Shown: positions 30,594-42,349 of the stretch, piece by piece
Layout: each line of letters starts with the position of its first letter
Position numbering within the stretch: position 1 is the first letter of the stretch
Source of the DNA: Obrimoposthia wandeli
Lineage: Eukaryota
DNA: 64,000 bases
NCBI GenBank assembly: GCA_977020255.1
Contig: CDROCS010003840.1
Location: 248,001-312,000 of the forward strand
Direction of reading: 5' to 3'
The notes under the pieces: generated by a model
Seen by the model: the letters and a program-made list of their open reading frames with translations, nothing else
What the model was told of the DNA's origin: nothing
The model's database searches: none
Translations under genes and position numbers: made by a program

Positions 30594-31763
30594 ATGCTAG
30601 AACTGTTGTTCCTGTTGCTTCCTATTGCCGCCGCTTACGGTTGGTATATGGGTAACAGGAGCGCTAGTAATCAACGCCAAGAGCAATCTCATCACATGTC
30701 ACGTCAATACGTGACAGGTTTGAATCTACTGTTATCTGATCAGTCTGATAAAGCGGTAGACCTTTTTATTGAGTTGCTTCAAGTTGATAGCGAAACAATT
30801 GATACTCACCTTGCTTTGGGTAACCTATTTCGAAGCAGGGGTGAGGTCGATCGTGCAATTCGTATCCACCAAAACCTTATCGCCCGTCCCAACCTGACCA
30901 TTGACCAACGAAACCTTGCATTACAGCAATTAGCAAAAGACTACATGGCTGCTGGTTTTCTTGATCGCGCTGAAAAAATCTTCGAACAATTACTTGATGA
31001 ACCTGACCATCGTAAAGGTGCACTGCAGCAGTTGTTGTCTATCTATCAACAAACCCGCGAGTGGGATAAAGCGATAGAGATGTCAAATCAGCTCGTTAAG
31101 ATGGGAAAAACCAAACTTAAGCATAACATCGCCCATTATTGGTGTGAGCTTGCGATGCTCGAGATAGGGGCGCAAAATCCAGATAAGGCGAAGCAATGTT
31201 TAAAGAAAGCCTTATCTGCAGATAAAAATTGCGTACGTGCTTCGCTTACAATGGCCCGTATTCTGATTAAAGCGGGTGATTATAAAACGGCGTCTAAGCA
31301 GCTTGAACGTGTTACCGAGCAAGAGGTCGATTTTGTCGGTGAAGCTTTGCCACTGTTACTTCAATGCTATGAAGCGACAAATAATGAAGCGGGTTGGTTG
31401 AAGTATTTACAACATTGCGTAGATATGAAAGCGGGCTCGACGGCTGAATTAATGCTCGCTGATGAGATATGCAAACGTGAGGGAGCTATTCTTGCTCAAA
31501 CGTTTATGACTCGTCAGCTGACAAAAAATCCGACCATGAAAGGCTTCTATCAATTGATGGATTATCACCTTGATGAAGCAGAAGAAGGCCGAGCAAAAGA
31601 AAGTTTAACCAGTTTACGCCATTTGGTGGGTGAGCAGCTTAAAATGAAGCCTCACTACCGTTGCCATAAATGTGGTTTTGCCACCCACTCTTTATATTGG
31701 CAGTGTCCTTCGTGTAAAGGGTGGGGCACCATTAAGCCAATTCGTGGTCTAGATGGTGAATAA
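30594..31763 (+). CDS. lapB: LPS assembly protein B
   Basis: TPR repeats, LFRSRGEVDRAIRIHQ and C-terminal rubredoxin-like CxxC...CPSC. Confidence 0.96.
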   Translation: MLELLFLLLPIAAAYGWYMGNRSASNQRQEQSHHMSRQYVTGLNLLLSDQSDKAVDLFIELLQVDSETIDTHLALGNLFRSRGEVDRAIRIHQNLIARPNLTIDQRNLALQQLAKDYMAAGFLDRAEKIFEQLLDEPDHRKGALQQLLSIYQQTREWDKAIEMSNQLVKMGKTKLKHNIAHYWCELAMLEIGAQNPDKAKQCLKKALSADKNCVRASLTMARILIKAGDYKTASKQLERVTEQEVDFVGEALPLLLQCYEATNNEAGWLKYLQHCVDMKAGSTAELMLADEICKREGAILAQTFMTRQLTKNPTMKGFYQLMDYHLDEAEEGRAKESLTSLRHLVGEQLKMKPHYRCHKCGFATHSLYWQCPSCKGWGTIKPIRGLDGE

Positions 31764-31803
31764 TACCAGCGGGTATTTTTCTGGATATGAAATTGAATAA
31801 TGT

Positions 31804-31835
31804 AAAAGGGCTAACCTATGGTGAGCCCTTTTTTT
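31804..31835 (+). terminator. Terminator after lapB
   Basis: AAAAGGGCT..AGCCCTTTTTTT. Confidence 0.65.
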
Positions 31836-31880
31836 AAGTTGCCAAGTTAACTCTAAAACGAAGTCTAAGCAGGAGATTCA

Positions 31881-32576
31881 ATGTTAGACCCTAAAGTGAT
31901 TGTCGCACTCGACTACCCGAACCAAGATGCAGCATTAGCGTTTGTCGACCGTATTGAGCCGGGAAGCTGTCGTCTGAAAGTGGGTAAAGAAATGTTCACT
32001 TTATATGGCCCAGACTTCGTGCGTAAATTGCATGAACGTGGTCACTCTGTATTTTTAGACCTGAAATTCCACGATATCCCAAATACCTGTTCGCGTGCTG
32101 TTGCCGCTGCGGCAGAGTTAGGGGTTTGGATGGTAAACGTTCATGCAAGTGGTGGTGAGCGCATGATGGCTGCATCACGTGATATTCTAGAGCCGTATGG
32201 TAAAGATCGTCCGCTATTGATTGCGGTAACGGTATTAACCAGTATGGAAGCGTCAGATCTTGCTGGTATTGGTATTGGTATTGCGCCACAAGAACACGTC
32301 TTAAATTTGGCAACGTTGACTAAAAACAGTGGCCTTGATGGCGTAGTTTGTTCTGCTCAAGAATCAACGATGTTGAAATCAGCATTGGGTAATGAGTTTC
32401 AGTTAATTACTCCTGGCATTCGTCCTGTTGGTAGTGCTGCTGGCGATCAGCGTCGTGTTATGACACCAGTTGAAGCCGTTAATGCGGGGTCTGATTACTT
32501 AGTTATCGGCCGTCCGATTACACAGGCTACTGATCCTGCTGCTGTATTAGCTGAAATAAATCAATCACTGGCTTAA
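31881..32576 (+). CDS. pyrF: Orotidine-5'-phosphate decarboxylase
   Basis: [18 protein letters not shown] and VIGRPIT motifs. Confidence 0.98.
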   Translation: MLDPKVIVALDYPNQDAALAFVDRIEPGSCRLKVGKEMFTLYGPDFVRKLHERGHSVFLDLKFHDIPNTCSRAVAAAAELGVWMVNVHASGGERMMAASRDILEPYGKDRPLLIAVTVLTSMEASDLAGIGIGIAPQEHVLNLATLTKNSGLDGVVCSAQESTMLKSALGNEFQLITPGIRPVGSAAGDQRRVMTPVEAVNAGSDYLVIGRPITQATDPAAVLAEINQSLA

Positions 32577-32658
32577 TTGTTTTGCGATAAAAAGCAAACG
32601 TTTACTAACCCCGCAACGACCTATTAGTCATAACAAGTGCGGGGTTTTTATCTTCAAA

Positions 32659-33483
32659 TTAACATTTAATCTTGGGTGTCGCTTTACTGATTCTATTGGT
32701 TCTATCGTGTGTCGGGGCAGAGAAGTGACTATCTAACAGTTTCTGAGTCAGTGAGTGCTGTGGCGAACTGAATACTTTTTCGGTTGGTCCTTTTTCTACA
32801 ACTTCACCATCTTGCATGACGATCACTTTATCTGAGAAGTGTTTAACTACGCCCATATGTTGCGATACATAAACATATGACAAACCCATTTCTTCTTGAA
32901 GCTCTAAGAGCAAGTTCAGTATCTGTGACCGCATTGACATATCTAACCCGTTTAACGCCTCATCAGCAACGATAATACATGGCTGAAGGATCAGAGCACG
33001 TGCGAGTGATACACGTTGTTTTTGACCCGTAGCAAGCATCTGAGGGTAAAAATACGCATGTTCAGGCAGTAAGCCTACTCGTTTCAACGTAAGCATAATA
33101 CGACGCTCACGCTCTTGTGGGGTCATATTGGTATTTCGTTTTAATGGACCTTCTAATATGCGACCAATTTGAATGCGTGGGTTCAGTGATGTATTGGGAT
33201 CTTGGAAAATCATGCGGATCAATTTACATCGCGTCTGAAAATCCTTAGGTGCTAACACTTCACCATTAACTCTAATTTCACCAGCGGTAGGCTCAACAAC
33301 GCCTGAAAGCATTTTGGCTAATGTGGATTTACCAGAGCCATTTTTCCCGATAAATGCAATGGTTTCCCCCGCATCTAACTTGAACGAAATCGGTTTAATG
33401 GCTTCAATAGTACGGCGGCGAAATAACCCTGCACGGTAGTGATAAGATTTTTCAAGGTTATCGACTTCAAGTAAAGAACTCAT
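32659..33483 (-). CDS. sapF: Peptide ABC transporter ATPase
   Basis: Walker [10 protein letters not shown]; [12 protein letters not shown] signature. Confidence 0.9.
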   Translation of the reverse strand: MSSLLEVDNLEKSYHYRAGLFRRRTIEAIKPISFKLDAGETIAFIGKNGSGKSTLAKMLSGVVEPTAGEIRVNGEVLAPKDFQTRCKLIRMIFQDPNTSLNPRIQIGRILEGPLKRNTNMTPQERERRIMLTLKRVGLLPEHAYFYPQMLATGQKQRVSLARALILQPCIIVADEALNGLDMSMRSQILNLLLELQEEMGLSYVYVSQHMGVVKHFSDKVIVMQDGEVVEKGPTEKVFSSPQHSLTQKLLDSHFSAPTHDRTNRISKATPKIKC

Positions 33484-34478
33484 TTCTTTTTATCCTCCAT
33501 ATTCAGCGGGAAGTGGCAGCTGAACTTATGGCTTTTTATCTTCTGTCTTTTGGGTACTTCAACACATTTACGTTGTGCATGTGGGCAACGTGGACCTAAT
33601 CGGCAACCAATAGGTAGATGTTGAAGGGGAGGGATAGAACCTGGCAGGGTTTCCAATTTACTTTTATGTGCAACATCTAAGCTAAAGTCAGGCATCGCCC
33701 GCATTAGTGCTTCAGTATATGGGTGGTGTGGTGATTCCAGCAATTGCTTTCGGCTACCTGATTCGACAGATTGCCCACAATACATAACAGTAATCCGATC
33801 TGCCCATTGTGTTACGGTCGTTAAATCATGGCTTACAAGCAGTATGGTGGTATTACCTAGTTGGTTCATCCGGCTTAGTAAACGGAATATTTGTGCTTGT
33901 GTAATCGGATCTAAATCATTGGTTGGTTCATCGGCAATAAGCAGGCGAGGGCGGTTTGCAATTGCCATAGCAATCATGACTTTTTGACATTCACCATCGG
34001 TCAATTCATACGGGTAACTTTTCATTACGCGTTTATGCTCTTTGATACCGACTTTGTGTAACAGGGCAATAGCTTGTTTCTCGCGCCAATTAACCCGTTG
34101 CCACCATCGACCAGAAAATGATGATGAAGGAATGGCTTCTTCTAATTGTTCGCCAATGTTTTCAGATGGGTCAAGGCAAGAGGAAGGTTCTTGGAATATC
34201 ATCGCAATTTCACGACCCACAATCTTTCTGCGTTCACGTGCTGATAGAGCCAATAAATCGACATCACCTAGACGTAAGCGATCGGCCGTCACTTTCCAGT
34301 TGTCTTTTGTGACACCAGCAATGGCTTTAGCAACTAGGCTTTTTCCTGACCCTGATTCACCTACAAGCCCCCGGATTTCACCTTCGTTTATGGTTAAGCT
34401 CATGCGATCTACCGCTTTAACCATACCTTGTGGAGTATCAATTTCTATCGTCAGATTACGAATATCGAGTAATGGCAT
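33480..34478 (-). CDS. sapD: Peptide ABC transporter ATPase
   Basis: GESGSGKS; [12 protein letters not shown] signature. Confidence 0.92.
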   Translation of the reverse strand: MPLLDIRNLTIEIDTPQGMVKAVDRMSLTINEGEIRGLVGESGSGKSLVAKAIAGVTKDNWKVTADRLRLGDVDLLALSARERRKIVGREIAMIFQEPSSCLDPSENIGEQLEEAIPSSSFSGRWWQRVNWREKQAIALLHKVGIKEHKRVMKSYPYELTDGECQKVMIAMAIANRPRLLIADEPTNDLDPITQAQIFRLLSRMNQLGNTTILLVSHDLTTVTQWADRITVMYCGQSVESGSRKQLLESPHHPYTEALMRAMPDFSLDVAHKSKLETLPGSIPPLQHLPIGCRLGPRCPHAQRKCVEVPKRQKIKSHKFSCHFPLNMEDKKK

Positions 34479-35366
34479 TTAATCAATCCCCGCATTTAAT
34501 GCTTGGCGAAGTCCGTCTCCAACTAAGTTTACCGATAATACGCTAAACATGATTGCAAGCCCTGGCAAGGTTACGGTCCAAGGTGCTAAGTAAATCAATT
34601 CTATAGAGTCTCCCAGAATTGCTCCCCACTCAGGAGAGGGGGCTTGTGCGCCTAAACCGAGAAAGCCTAAAGCTGCGATATCTAAAATTGCAATGGAGAT
34701 AGCACGTGTTAATTCAGTCGTAATAACGGTTAAAATATTGGGCAAAATAGAGTTATACAGTAAGTAGAAGTTGTTAGCCCCATCAAGGCGTGCAGCAATG
34801 ATATAGTCTTTTTCTACTTCAGTGTGCACAGCTGTATAAACGGCACGAATGAATCGAGGAATTAATGCTAACCATATCGCCAATAAAATATTGGTTTCAC
34901 CAGGTCCCATATAAGCGACAACAATAATCGCTAATAATAAAGAGGGAATAGATAAAACAGTATCAAGTACATGGTTAAGTATGCTTGATTTTAAACCACG
35001 AGTCATACCCGCTGTTACACCGATTAAAAACCCAATAAGGCTTGCTGCAATAGCGACAAGTAGCGCATAGCCAAATGTGAGCTGAGAACCGAGAAGCAGG
35101 CGTGTTAAAATATCTCGACCAAGGTCATCAGTGCCAAAGAAGAATTCAACATGACCATATTGATCCCATGATGGGGGCATAAGCAGTTCCCCAACTTGTT
35201 GATAAGGGGAATAGGGCACTAACCACTGGGCGGTAATGGTAATTAAAATCAGGAAGAGTAAACACCACAACCCAAATACGGCTAATGAATTAGCTTTGAA
35301 ATTGATCCATGAACGCTCCCATTGTGTCGGGATCTTTTGTTCCTGATAAATGTTATTTGATAGCAT
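34479..35366 (-). CDS. sapC: Peptide ABC transporter permease
   Basis: GTDDLGRDIL and EAA-like loop; operon position. Confidence 0.92.
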   Translation of the reverse strand: MLSNNIYQEQKIPTQWERSWINFKANSLAVFGLWCLLFLILITITAQWLVPYSPYQQVGELLMPPSWDQYGHVEFFFGTDDLGRDILTRLLLGSQLTFGYALLVAIAASLIGFLIGVTAGMTRGLKSSILNHVLDTVLSIPSLLLAIIVVAYMGPGETNILLAIWLALIPRFIRAVYTAVHTEVEKDYIIAARLDGANNFYLLYNSILPNILTVITTELTRAISIAILDIAALGFLGLGAQAPSPEWGAILGDSIELIYLAPWTVTLPGLAIMFSVLSVNLVGDGLRQALNAGID

Positions 35367-36315
35367 ACCATTCTTTCCTTACAAGCGGATTCACGGCTGC
35401 ACCAGCAAGATCTGATAGTATGTTGGCCAATAGTATAAAGCTCGCGACTGTAATTACACCCGCTTGAATCGCCACATAATTTTCTTCTGCAATCGCGTTT
35501 AATAACCAGCGACCAATGCCTGGCCAATTAAAGATTGATTCGGTAAGCATTGCAAATGTCATCATGGTTGAAAACTGCATACCTAGTTTAGGAATAATGG
35601 GCGGTAACGCGTTTTTCATTCCGTGGCGTCTTACAATTTCAAACATTGATAAGCCTTTAGTCTGCGCAACTTTAATAAAGTTTTGAGTCATGACTTCAGA
35701 GATAGATGCACGCGTTAGTCGTATCACTTCCGTTGTTGGTGCCATAGCCAGCACCAATGTGGGTAAAATAAGGTGCCGAATAACATCTGTTAGCGCTTCT
35801 GAACGGTAAGGTTTATCCGACAATAAAACATCAATAATCGCCACCCCAGTAACATGATCAATTTCATATAGCAGGCTGTAACGACCCGCGACGGGTAGCC
35901 AACCAAGGTTGAGTGAAAACATCAAAATTAACAGCATGGCTAGCCAAAATAAAGGAATGGAATACCCTACGATGGTGATTGAAGATATGAGGGTATCAAT
36001 AAATCGTCCACGATTTACTCCTGCGATCGTACCCAGTGGTATACCGACAAACAGCGATAATATAAACGCGAAAAAACACAGCTCTAACGTAGCAGGAAAC
36101 ACCATCATGACTTCATTCAAAATGGACTCACCGCTTTGATTTAGCCCTAAATTACCTAGTGCTAATTCTTCAAGATAAGCGATCCACCCCCCAAAAAAAG
36201 GTTGACTGCTCCACTGTGATGCTTCGTCTAAGCGCAGAATGCTAAAACCAATCATCGTCAAAATAGCGAGAGTGATGATGAAAAGATTTAATCGGCGAAT
36301 GGTATATATCAGCAT
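35353..36315 (-). CDS. sapB: Peptide ABC transporter permease
   Basis: PATLEL, HLILP and ESIFNWPGIG motifs. Confidence 0.92.
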   Translation of the reverse strand: MLIYTIRRLNLFIITLAILTMIGFSILRLDEASQWSSQPFFGGWIAYLEELALGNLGLNQSGESILNEVMMVFPATLELCFFAFILSLFVGIPLGTIAGVNRGRFIDTLISSITIVGYSIPLFWLAMLLILMFSLNLGWLPVAGRYSLLYEIDHVTGVAIIDVLLSDKPYRSEALTDVIRHLILPTLVLAMAPTTEVIRLTRASISEVMTQNFIKVAQTKGLSMFEIVRRHGMKNALPPIIPKLGMQFSTMMTFAMLTESIFNWPGIGRWLLNAIAEENYVAIQAGVITVASFILLANILSDLAGAAVNPLVRKEWYAIK

Positions 36316-36318
36316 ATT

Positions 36319-37938
36319 TTACTCGCTTCGATAAACACTAGAAAATGAGCGAGTACCGAAAGGACTCATTTGTAATCCACCTAATGATTTATGGTGAACC
36401 TGAAAGTGCACGCCATGTGCTAATGGGATTAATGGCACTTGTTTGTCTAAAATATTTTGCGCAAGGTGATAATAATTTAAGCGTTGTTCAAGCTTACCGG
36501 TGCGTAAAGCCAATTCGAGTAAATTATCAAAATCCAGATTACACCAATTGGCAATGTTAAGCCCTGCTTGCTTGGCATCGCACGATAAGAGTGGGCGTAG
36601 GAAGTTATCTGGGTCGCCATTATCAGCAATCCACCCTGATAAGATAAGATCAAAAGATGTCGATTCACCCATACTGATACGATCAAGCTTATCTTGATGT
36701 GACATAGTCACTTTAATACCAATTGTTTTTAGGTTTGCTTGAATTAGCTCTGCTGTTTTTCGAGGGCTAGGGTTATAGGGGCGAGGTTCAGTGGGAACCC
36801 ACATCGATAATGTCAGTTCATTATCATACCCTGCCTCTTTTAATAATCTAATGGCTTCTTCAGGATCAAAATCTAATGCTTGGCTATTGTGATTATAGGC
36901 CCATGACATGGGAGGCAACATGCTTTTTGCTTTTGTGCCCGTACCGTAATAAACCGAATCCAGTAAGTTATTACGATTAATGGCAAGGCTAATGGCTTTG
37001 CGTACCCGAATATCTTGCAAGATAAGCTTGTTATTATTGAGCGCTAGAAATGACACATTCATGCCAGTTTGCGCCATTAATTCAAATTCTGAATTGTTAG
37101 AAATAACGGATAGCTGGCTGGCGACAGGTGATGATAGTACATCACATTCGTGACTTAATAGTTTCGCCAGCGAACCTGTGCCGCGTGATGAGATATCAAA
37201 TACCACTTGATCCATTGGTGCAGCACCTTGCCAATAGCCCCAGTGACGTTTCAAACGAATAAGATCGTTAGGTATGTACTGGTCTAAATAAAAAGGCCCG
37301 GTTCCGATAGGTTTCATATCGAGTAGATTTAACTGACCAGCTTGAAGTAGCTGCTGCCCGTATTCTTGTGAATAAATGACCGCATAGCTTGTGGCTAGGT
37401 TCGATAGAAAAGAGTTATCAGGGCGGCTTAAAATAAATTTAACAGTATGAGAATCAATCGCGACGATATCATCGATTAATTTATCAAAACCTAAACTTTC
37501 AAACCAAGGATAACGCCCTCCAGAGATGTTAAAGAATGGATGGCTAGGGTCAATAACACGTTTAAAACTGAAAATAACATCTTGAGCATTTAATTGACGC
37601 GTTGGGGTGAACCAATCAGTATTCTGGAACTCAATGCCTTTACGTAGCGCAAGAGTGTATTCAAGTCCGTCGTCATTAATCGACCAGCTACGAGCTAGCC
37701 CTGGTAGCGGTTGGTGGCTAACAGGATCGAGCACTAATAAGCGATCAAATATTTGAGCGGCTAGGGTATCTGTTGTCAGCCCACCGTCTGTTAACTGTGG
37801 ATTGAATATTGTGGGTGTGTCTTGGCCACAATAAATGAAGCCACGGCTTCGTATATCAGTATCTTTTTGTGGCTCAGAACAACCCATAAGGCTAACTAGG
37901 CTAAAACAAGCAAACAAAAGGCGAGTGTATGCGCTCAT
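36319..37938 (-). CDS. sapA: Peptide ABC transporter substrate-binding lipoprotein
   Basis: Lipobox LMGC; family 5 SBP motifs (PIGTGPF, GWIADNGDPDNF). Confidence 0.92.
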   Translation of the reverse strand: MSAYTRLLFACFSLVSLMGCSEPQKDTDIRSRGFIYCGQDTPTIFNPQLTDGGLTTDTLAAQIFDRLLVLDPVSHQPLPGLARSWSINDDGLEYTLALRKGIEFQNTDWFTPTRQLNAQDVIFSFKRVIDPSHPFFNISGGRYPWFESLGFDKLIDDIVAIDSHTVKFILSRPDNSFLSNLATSYAVIYSQEYGQQLLQAGQLNLLDMKPIGTGPFYLDQYIPNDLIRLKRHWGYWQGAAPMDQVVFDISSRGTGSLAKLLSHECDVLSSPVASQLSVISNNSEFELMAQTGMNVSFLALNNNKLILQDIRVRKAISLAINRNNLLDSVYYGTGTKAKSMLPPMSWAYNHNSQALDFDPEEAIRLLKEAGYDNELTLSMWVPTEPRPYNPSPRKTAELIQANLKTIGIKVTMSHQDKLDRISMGESTSFDLILSGWIADNGDPDNFLRPLLSCDAKQAGLNIANWCNLDFDNLLELALRTGKLEQRLNYYHLAQNILDKQVPLIPLAHGVHFQVHHKSLGGLQMSPFGTRSFSSVYRSE

Positions 37939-38136
37939 ATCGTAAAGGCGTCGAATGAAATCAAGTCGTTAAATTTAACATTTTCCATCACAGCCACCAA
38001 GTCATCATCCTTGATATCCACCTTTTTCTTAACGTTATGTTGCTTAAACAGCTGCTGGTCTTTGATTTCCATTGAAATGATGGAGATTAATTGGTCAACC
38101 TCGAGAGAAGGCGAAAGAGGTGCGACACCGTCAATG

Positions 38137-39150
38137 TTACGTCTCGTTACTGCCGACTAGCTGATATTTACGTAATAGCCCTCTAAGTTGATGGTAGCTT
38201 AAACCTAATAGTTCAGCGGCTTTTCTTTGGTTAAATTTGGCTTGTTCCAGCGCGTTACGCATTATTTCGATTTCTTGATCTTGTTGCCATTGCCGTAAAT
38301 CCATCGGAAAAATAACATCAGTAGCGAAAGCATTTGTTGAATCTTCTGTTGTGCGAGTGTCATCTTGCTTATCGTGCCAAGGTGCATGAAAAGGGTTAAT
38401 AATAATGTGCTCGACAGGCTCATCTTCAAGGCTATGACGAAACACCGAGCGCTCAACCACATTTTTAAGTTCACGAATATTACCAGGCCAGTGGTACTCG
38501 AGTAAGGCGGTACGTGCTTGTGGAGTGAAACCAGAAAAGTAGCCAAACCCTAATTCTTGACACATACGTACGGCATAGTATTCCGCTAAAGGAAGAATAT
38601 CGTCATAGCGTTCACGTAATGGCGGCAAATGAATAATATCGAAAGCAAGGCGATCAAGTAAGTCTGCGCGGAATTGTCCATTTTGCGCAAGCTGCGGCAA
38701 GTTTTCATTGGTTGCACAGATTAAACGAACGTTAGCTTGGCAGGTCTTACTGCCACCCACACGTTCATATTCCCCATATTCAATGACGCGTAGTAATTTT
38801 TCTTGCACCCCGAGTGGTGCCGTGGATAATTCATCAAGAAACAAGGTGCCGTCTTCTGCTCGTTCAAAGCGACCTTGATGCCTTCCTTTTGCGCCAGTAA
38901 ATGCCCCAGCTTCGTGACCAAATAGCTCTGAATCAATTAAACCGTCACTTAACGCTGCACAATTAAGGGTTATTAAGGGCTGATCCCAACGACGAGATAA
39001 GTAATGCACTCGTTGTGCTATCAACTCTTTACCTGTACCTCGTTCACCTAAAATGAGGATCGGGCGATTAAGTGTTGCTAATCGAGATGCTTGATCAAGC
39101 ACAGTAAGGAACGCTTCTGATTCACCGATTAAATTATCTTTATTGTGCAT
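38137..39150 (-). CDS. pspF: Phage shock operon sigma54 activator
   Basis: GERGTGKE, GAFTGA and Fis-type HTH; divergent from pspA. Confidence 0.97.
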   Translation of the reverse strand: MHNKDNLIGESEAFLTVLDQASRLATLNRPILILGERGTGKELIAQRVHYLSRRWDQPLITLNCAALSDGLIDSELFGHEAGAFTGAKGRHQGRFERAEDGTLFLDELSTAPLGVQEKLLRVIEYGEYERVGGSKTCQANVRLICATNENLPQLAQNGQFRADLLDRLAFDIIHLPPLRERYDDILPLAEYYAVRMCQELGFGYFSGFTPQARTALLEYHWPGNIRELKNVVERSVFRHSLEDEPVEHIIINPFHAPWHDKQDDTRTTEDSTNAFATDVIFPMDLRQWQQDQEIEIMRNALEQAKFNQRKAAELLGLSYHQLRGLLRKYQLVGSNET

Positions 39151-39247
39151 GGTTAATCTCGCTAAATATTGGCGTATTAGCCCTCACCATAACAGCCTGT
39201 TTATTGAGCTGTAAAGTTAAGTGTATGATTTTTATTAAACAAAAAGT

Positions 39248-39262
39248 TGGCACGCGACTTGA
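39248..39262 (+). promoter_or_regulatory. sigma54 -24/-12 promoter of pspA
   Basis: TGGCAC-GCGAC-TTGA; IHF-like AAACAAAAAGTTG just upstream. Confidence 0.8.
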
Positions 39263-39337
39263 TATATATTTGATGTGACATTAAGTTATTAATTATAAAT
39301 CGGCCTTACGTGCAGGTTTAATAAAGGAGTTTTTATT

Positions 39338-40003
39338 ATGGGTATTTTTTCTCGCTTTGCAGACATTGTTAATGCAAACGTAAACTCACTGCTTGATAAG
39401 GCTGAAGATCCACAAAAGTTGATCCGCCTTATTATTCAGGAAATGGAAGACACTTTAGTTGAAGTACGTACTTCATCAGCGCGTGCATTAGCTGATAAGA
39501 AAGAACTGCAACGTCGTATTCATTCGATTGAAGCACAATCAAACGATTGGCAGCAGAAAGCGAGCTTGGCATTACAGAAAGGTCGCGAAGATCTTGCTCG
39601 TGCTGCGTTAATTGAAAAGCAAAAAATAAGTGATGTAGCACTAACACTGAATGAAGAGTTTAAGTTAGTTGACGAAACAATTGATAAACTGAGCTCTGAA
39701 GTTGCAGAGTTAGAAAGAAAGCTGCAAGAGACTCGTGCTCGTCAACAATCACTGGTTCTTCGACATAAAGCCGCGGGTAATCGTCGTGATGTTCGTCGTC
39801 AGCTTGATACTGGTAAAGTGGATGAAGCACTATCAAAATTCGAGCAATACGAACGTCGTATAGATGAGATGGAAGCAGAAGCTGACAGTTACAATCTTGG
39901 TCGTGGTAAGAACTTAGAAGATGAGTTTGCGAATCTTCAGGCTCAAGACAGCATTGAACAAGAGTTAGCTCGTATGAAAGCGAACATTAAAGATAAAGAG
40001 TAA
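39338..40003 (+). CDS. pspA: Phage shock protein A
   Basis: [14 protein letters not shown]...AEDPQK start; coiled coil. Confidence 0.98.
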   Translation: MGIFSRFADIVNANVNSLLDKAEDPQKLIRLIIQEMEDTLVEVRTSSARALADKKELQRRIHSIEAQSNDWQQKASLALQKGREDLARAALIEKQKISDVALTLNEEFKLVDETIDKLSSEVAELERKLQETRARQQSLVLRHKAAGNRRDVRRQLDTGKVDEALSKFEQYERRIDEMEAEADSYNLGRGKNLEDEFANLQAQDSIEQELARMKANIKDKE

Positions 40004-40111
40004 TATCATTCTGGATAAGTCAATGAGCAGAGACTTGTCTGGATTGGTACCATTAACTCTGATTAATTTGGAACAACGTCACTGATTCTGCGCGGATAAG
40101 GAGAGAAACGA

Positions 40112-40339
40112 ATGTCTATGGGTTTTATTGTTGGTCCGTTAATGGTGTTTTTAGTTATTGTTGCACCATTATGGTTGATTCTTCATTACCGCAGTAAGCG
40201 TCACGCTAGTCAGGGATTATCTGGTGACGAGCATGAAAAATTGCAAGCGTTAGCGGTCCGCGCAGAACAAATGCAAGATCGTATCATGACGCTTGAGCGC
40301 ATCCTTGATGCTGAAGCTCCCCAATGGAGGCATAAGTAA
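40112..40339 (+). CDS. pspB: Phage shock protein B
   Basis: APLWLILHYRSK and RIMTLERILDAE motifs. Confidence 0.96.
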   Translation: MSMGFIVGPLMVFLVIVAPLWLILHYRSKRHASQGLSGDEHEKLQALAVRAEQMQDRIMTLERILDAEAPQWRHK

Positions 40340-40725
40340 TGAGTAAAATCTTATACCGTGATACAAAAAATGGAAAATTGGGTGGGGTGTGTGCGGGTAT
40401 CGCAGAATACTTTGGTATGGAAATTTGGCTCGTCCGAATTCTTGCGGTATCGGCATTTTTACTCGGCGTTGGCTTTTTTGCGACACTGGCATATATTGCA
40501 GCGTGTTTAATACTTGATAAAATGCCAGAAGAACGTACACAGCAACAAACGACATATAAAGAACATAATGTGAAACAAAAACCATGGCAAGCAGGGCAAC
40601 CTGCAGAGCAGATTTTACGAAATGTCGAATCTGAATTAAATGGCATGGAAGGCAATTTGCGCAAAATGGAAGCTTATGTCACATCTTCCGCATTCAACGT
40701 TGATCGAGAGTTTAAAAATCTATAA
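40339..40725 (+). CDS. pspC: Phage shock protein C
   Basis: GKLGGVCAGIAEYFG and YVTS motifs. Confidence 0.96.
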   Translation: MSKILYRDTKNGKLGGVCAGIAEYFGMEIWLVRILAVSAFLLGVGFFATLAYIAACLILDKMPEERTQQQTTYKEHNVKQKPWQAGQPAEQILRNVESELNGMEGNLRKMEAYVTSSAFNVDREFKNL

Positions 40726-40951
40726 GGCATCGTCTATTTTAAAGAGTGGACTAAGTAGCCCGTTCATCTTGAAAGCGCATATGCGTACATCTCATACTCG
40801 TTACAATGAGCAGGCTTAGGCCTGCTTTTTCGTTAACCGTAGAAAATTGAACGTATTCTTACTTAGGTTGATATAAAAAAGAATACGTTCATCATCAGTT
40901 AATTTTACTTTGTGTATGCTATCTCCAGAATAAAAAGAACTAAGGCATGAT

Positions 40952-42349
40952 ATGAATCGTATTGGTAATGAGTTAAATAAACTGGTTAATCGTAGTTTAG
41001 ATCGTCACGTACGTTTAGCGGTAACGGGATTATCTCGGTCGGGTAAAACGGCATTTATTACTTCATTGATCAATCAGCTACTGCATGTTAACACCAATCC
41101 ACGTTTACCCCTTTTTACGGCTGTACGTGATGGTAATTTGTTAGGGGCTAAGCGAGTACCTCAACGCGATATGCATGTACCAAAATTTGGCTATGATGAA
41201 GGTATGGGGTCGTTGTTATCTTCACCGCCTGCTTGGCCCGAACCGACTCGTGATGTTAGCCAAACACGATTAGCGTTACGTTATAAACCACAGAAAGGTC
41301 CGATGAAACTGTTTCAAGAAACAGCCACTTTATATCTTGATATTGTGGATTATCCGGGTGAGTGGTTACTTGATTTACCTTTGCTTGATCTGGATTTCAT
41401 GGCGTGGTCTAAACAGCAGACAAAGGTGTTAAAAGGTAAACGGCTGGAATTAGCGCAAGAATGGATGGCAATGGGGGAAACATTCGACCCCTTTGCACCT
41501 GCTGATGAAGTCTTAATTGAACGCATTTCGGCAGCATTTACCGATTACTTGTATAAGTGCAAGGCTGAAGGTGGATTACATTGGGTTCAACCTGGGCGTT
41601 TTGTGTTACCTGGCGAGTTAGCAGGGGCGCCGGTATTGCAGTTTTTCCCTATGATTTGGGAACACAAATACACCGAACAACAACTTCAACAAGCAGATGA
41701 ACACAGTAACATTGGTATGCTGAAGAGCCGATATAAATACTATCAGCAGCATGTTGTAAAAGCGTTTTATCGAGATCATTTTTCTAAGTTTGATCGCCAG
41801 ATCATATTGGTCGATTGTTTACAGCCATTGAATGCTGGAACCGAGTCGTTTAACGATATGCGCCAAGCGCTGGATCAGTTAATGCAGAGCTTTAAATACG
41901 GTCGTAGTTCGTTATTACGTCGGTTGTTTTCACCGCGTATTGATAAAGTATTATTTGCCGCGACAAAATCAGATCATGTTACCCCAGAGCAACACCCGAA
42001 TTTGGTGAGCTTATTGCAGCAGTTGGTGAATGAAGCATGGCAAACGGCATCGTTTGAGGGCATTAAAATGGATTGTGTTAGCTTGGCATCCATTCAAGCA
42101 ACAGAGCCCGGTTTTGTCGCTCATCAAGGGTCACAAGTGCCTGCTTTACGTGGGTGCAATCTAGAAGGGGAATCCCAAACAATATTTCCTGGCGAAGTTC
42201 CCCGTCGATTGCCTAACGAGAACTTTTGGCAAAATAATGGCTTTGATTTTGTCAATTTTCGCCCATTGGTCCAACAAAGCGATGAACCATTGCCTCATAT
42301 CCGTATGGATAAAGCGCTTCAGTATTTGCTAGGAGATAAATTGAAATGA
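40952..42349 (+). CDS. ycjX: YcjX-family P-loop protein
   Basis: AVTGLSRSGKTAFITS, DYPGEWLLDLP and ATKSDH motifs. Confidence 0.95.
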   Translation: MNRIGNELNKLVNRSLDRHVRLAVTGLSRSGKTAFITSLINQLLHVNTNPRLPLFTAVRDGNLLGAKRVPQRDMHVPKFGYDEGMGSLLSSPPAWPEPTRDVSQTRLALRYKPQKGPMKLFQETATLYLDIVDYPGEWLLDLPLLDLDFMAWSKQQTKVLKGKRLELAQEWMAMGETFDPFAPADEVLIERISAAFTDYLYKCKAEGGLHWVQPGRFVLPGELAGAPVLQFFPMIWEHKYTEQQLQQADEHSNIGMLKSRYKYYQQHVVKAFYRDHFSKFDRQIILVDCLQPLNAGTESFNDMRQALDQLMQSFKYGRSSLLRRLFSPRIDKVLFAATKSDHVTPEQHPNLVSLLQQLVNEAWQTASFEGIKMDCVSLASIQATEPGFVAHQGSQVPALRGCNLEGESQTIFPGEVPRRLPNENFWQNNGFDFVNFRPLVQQSDEPLPHIRMDKALQYLLGDKLK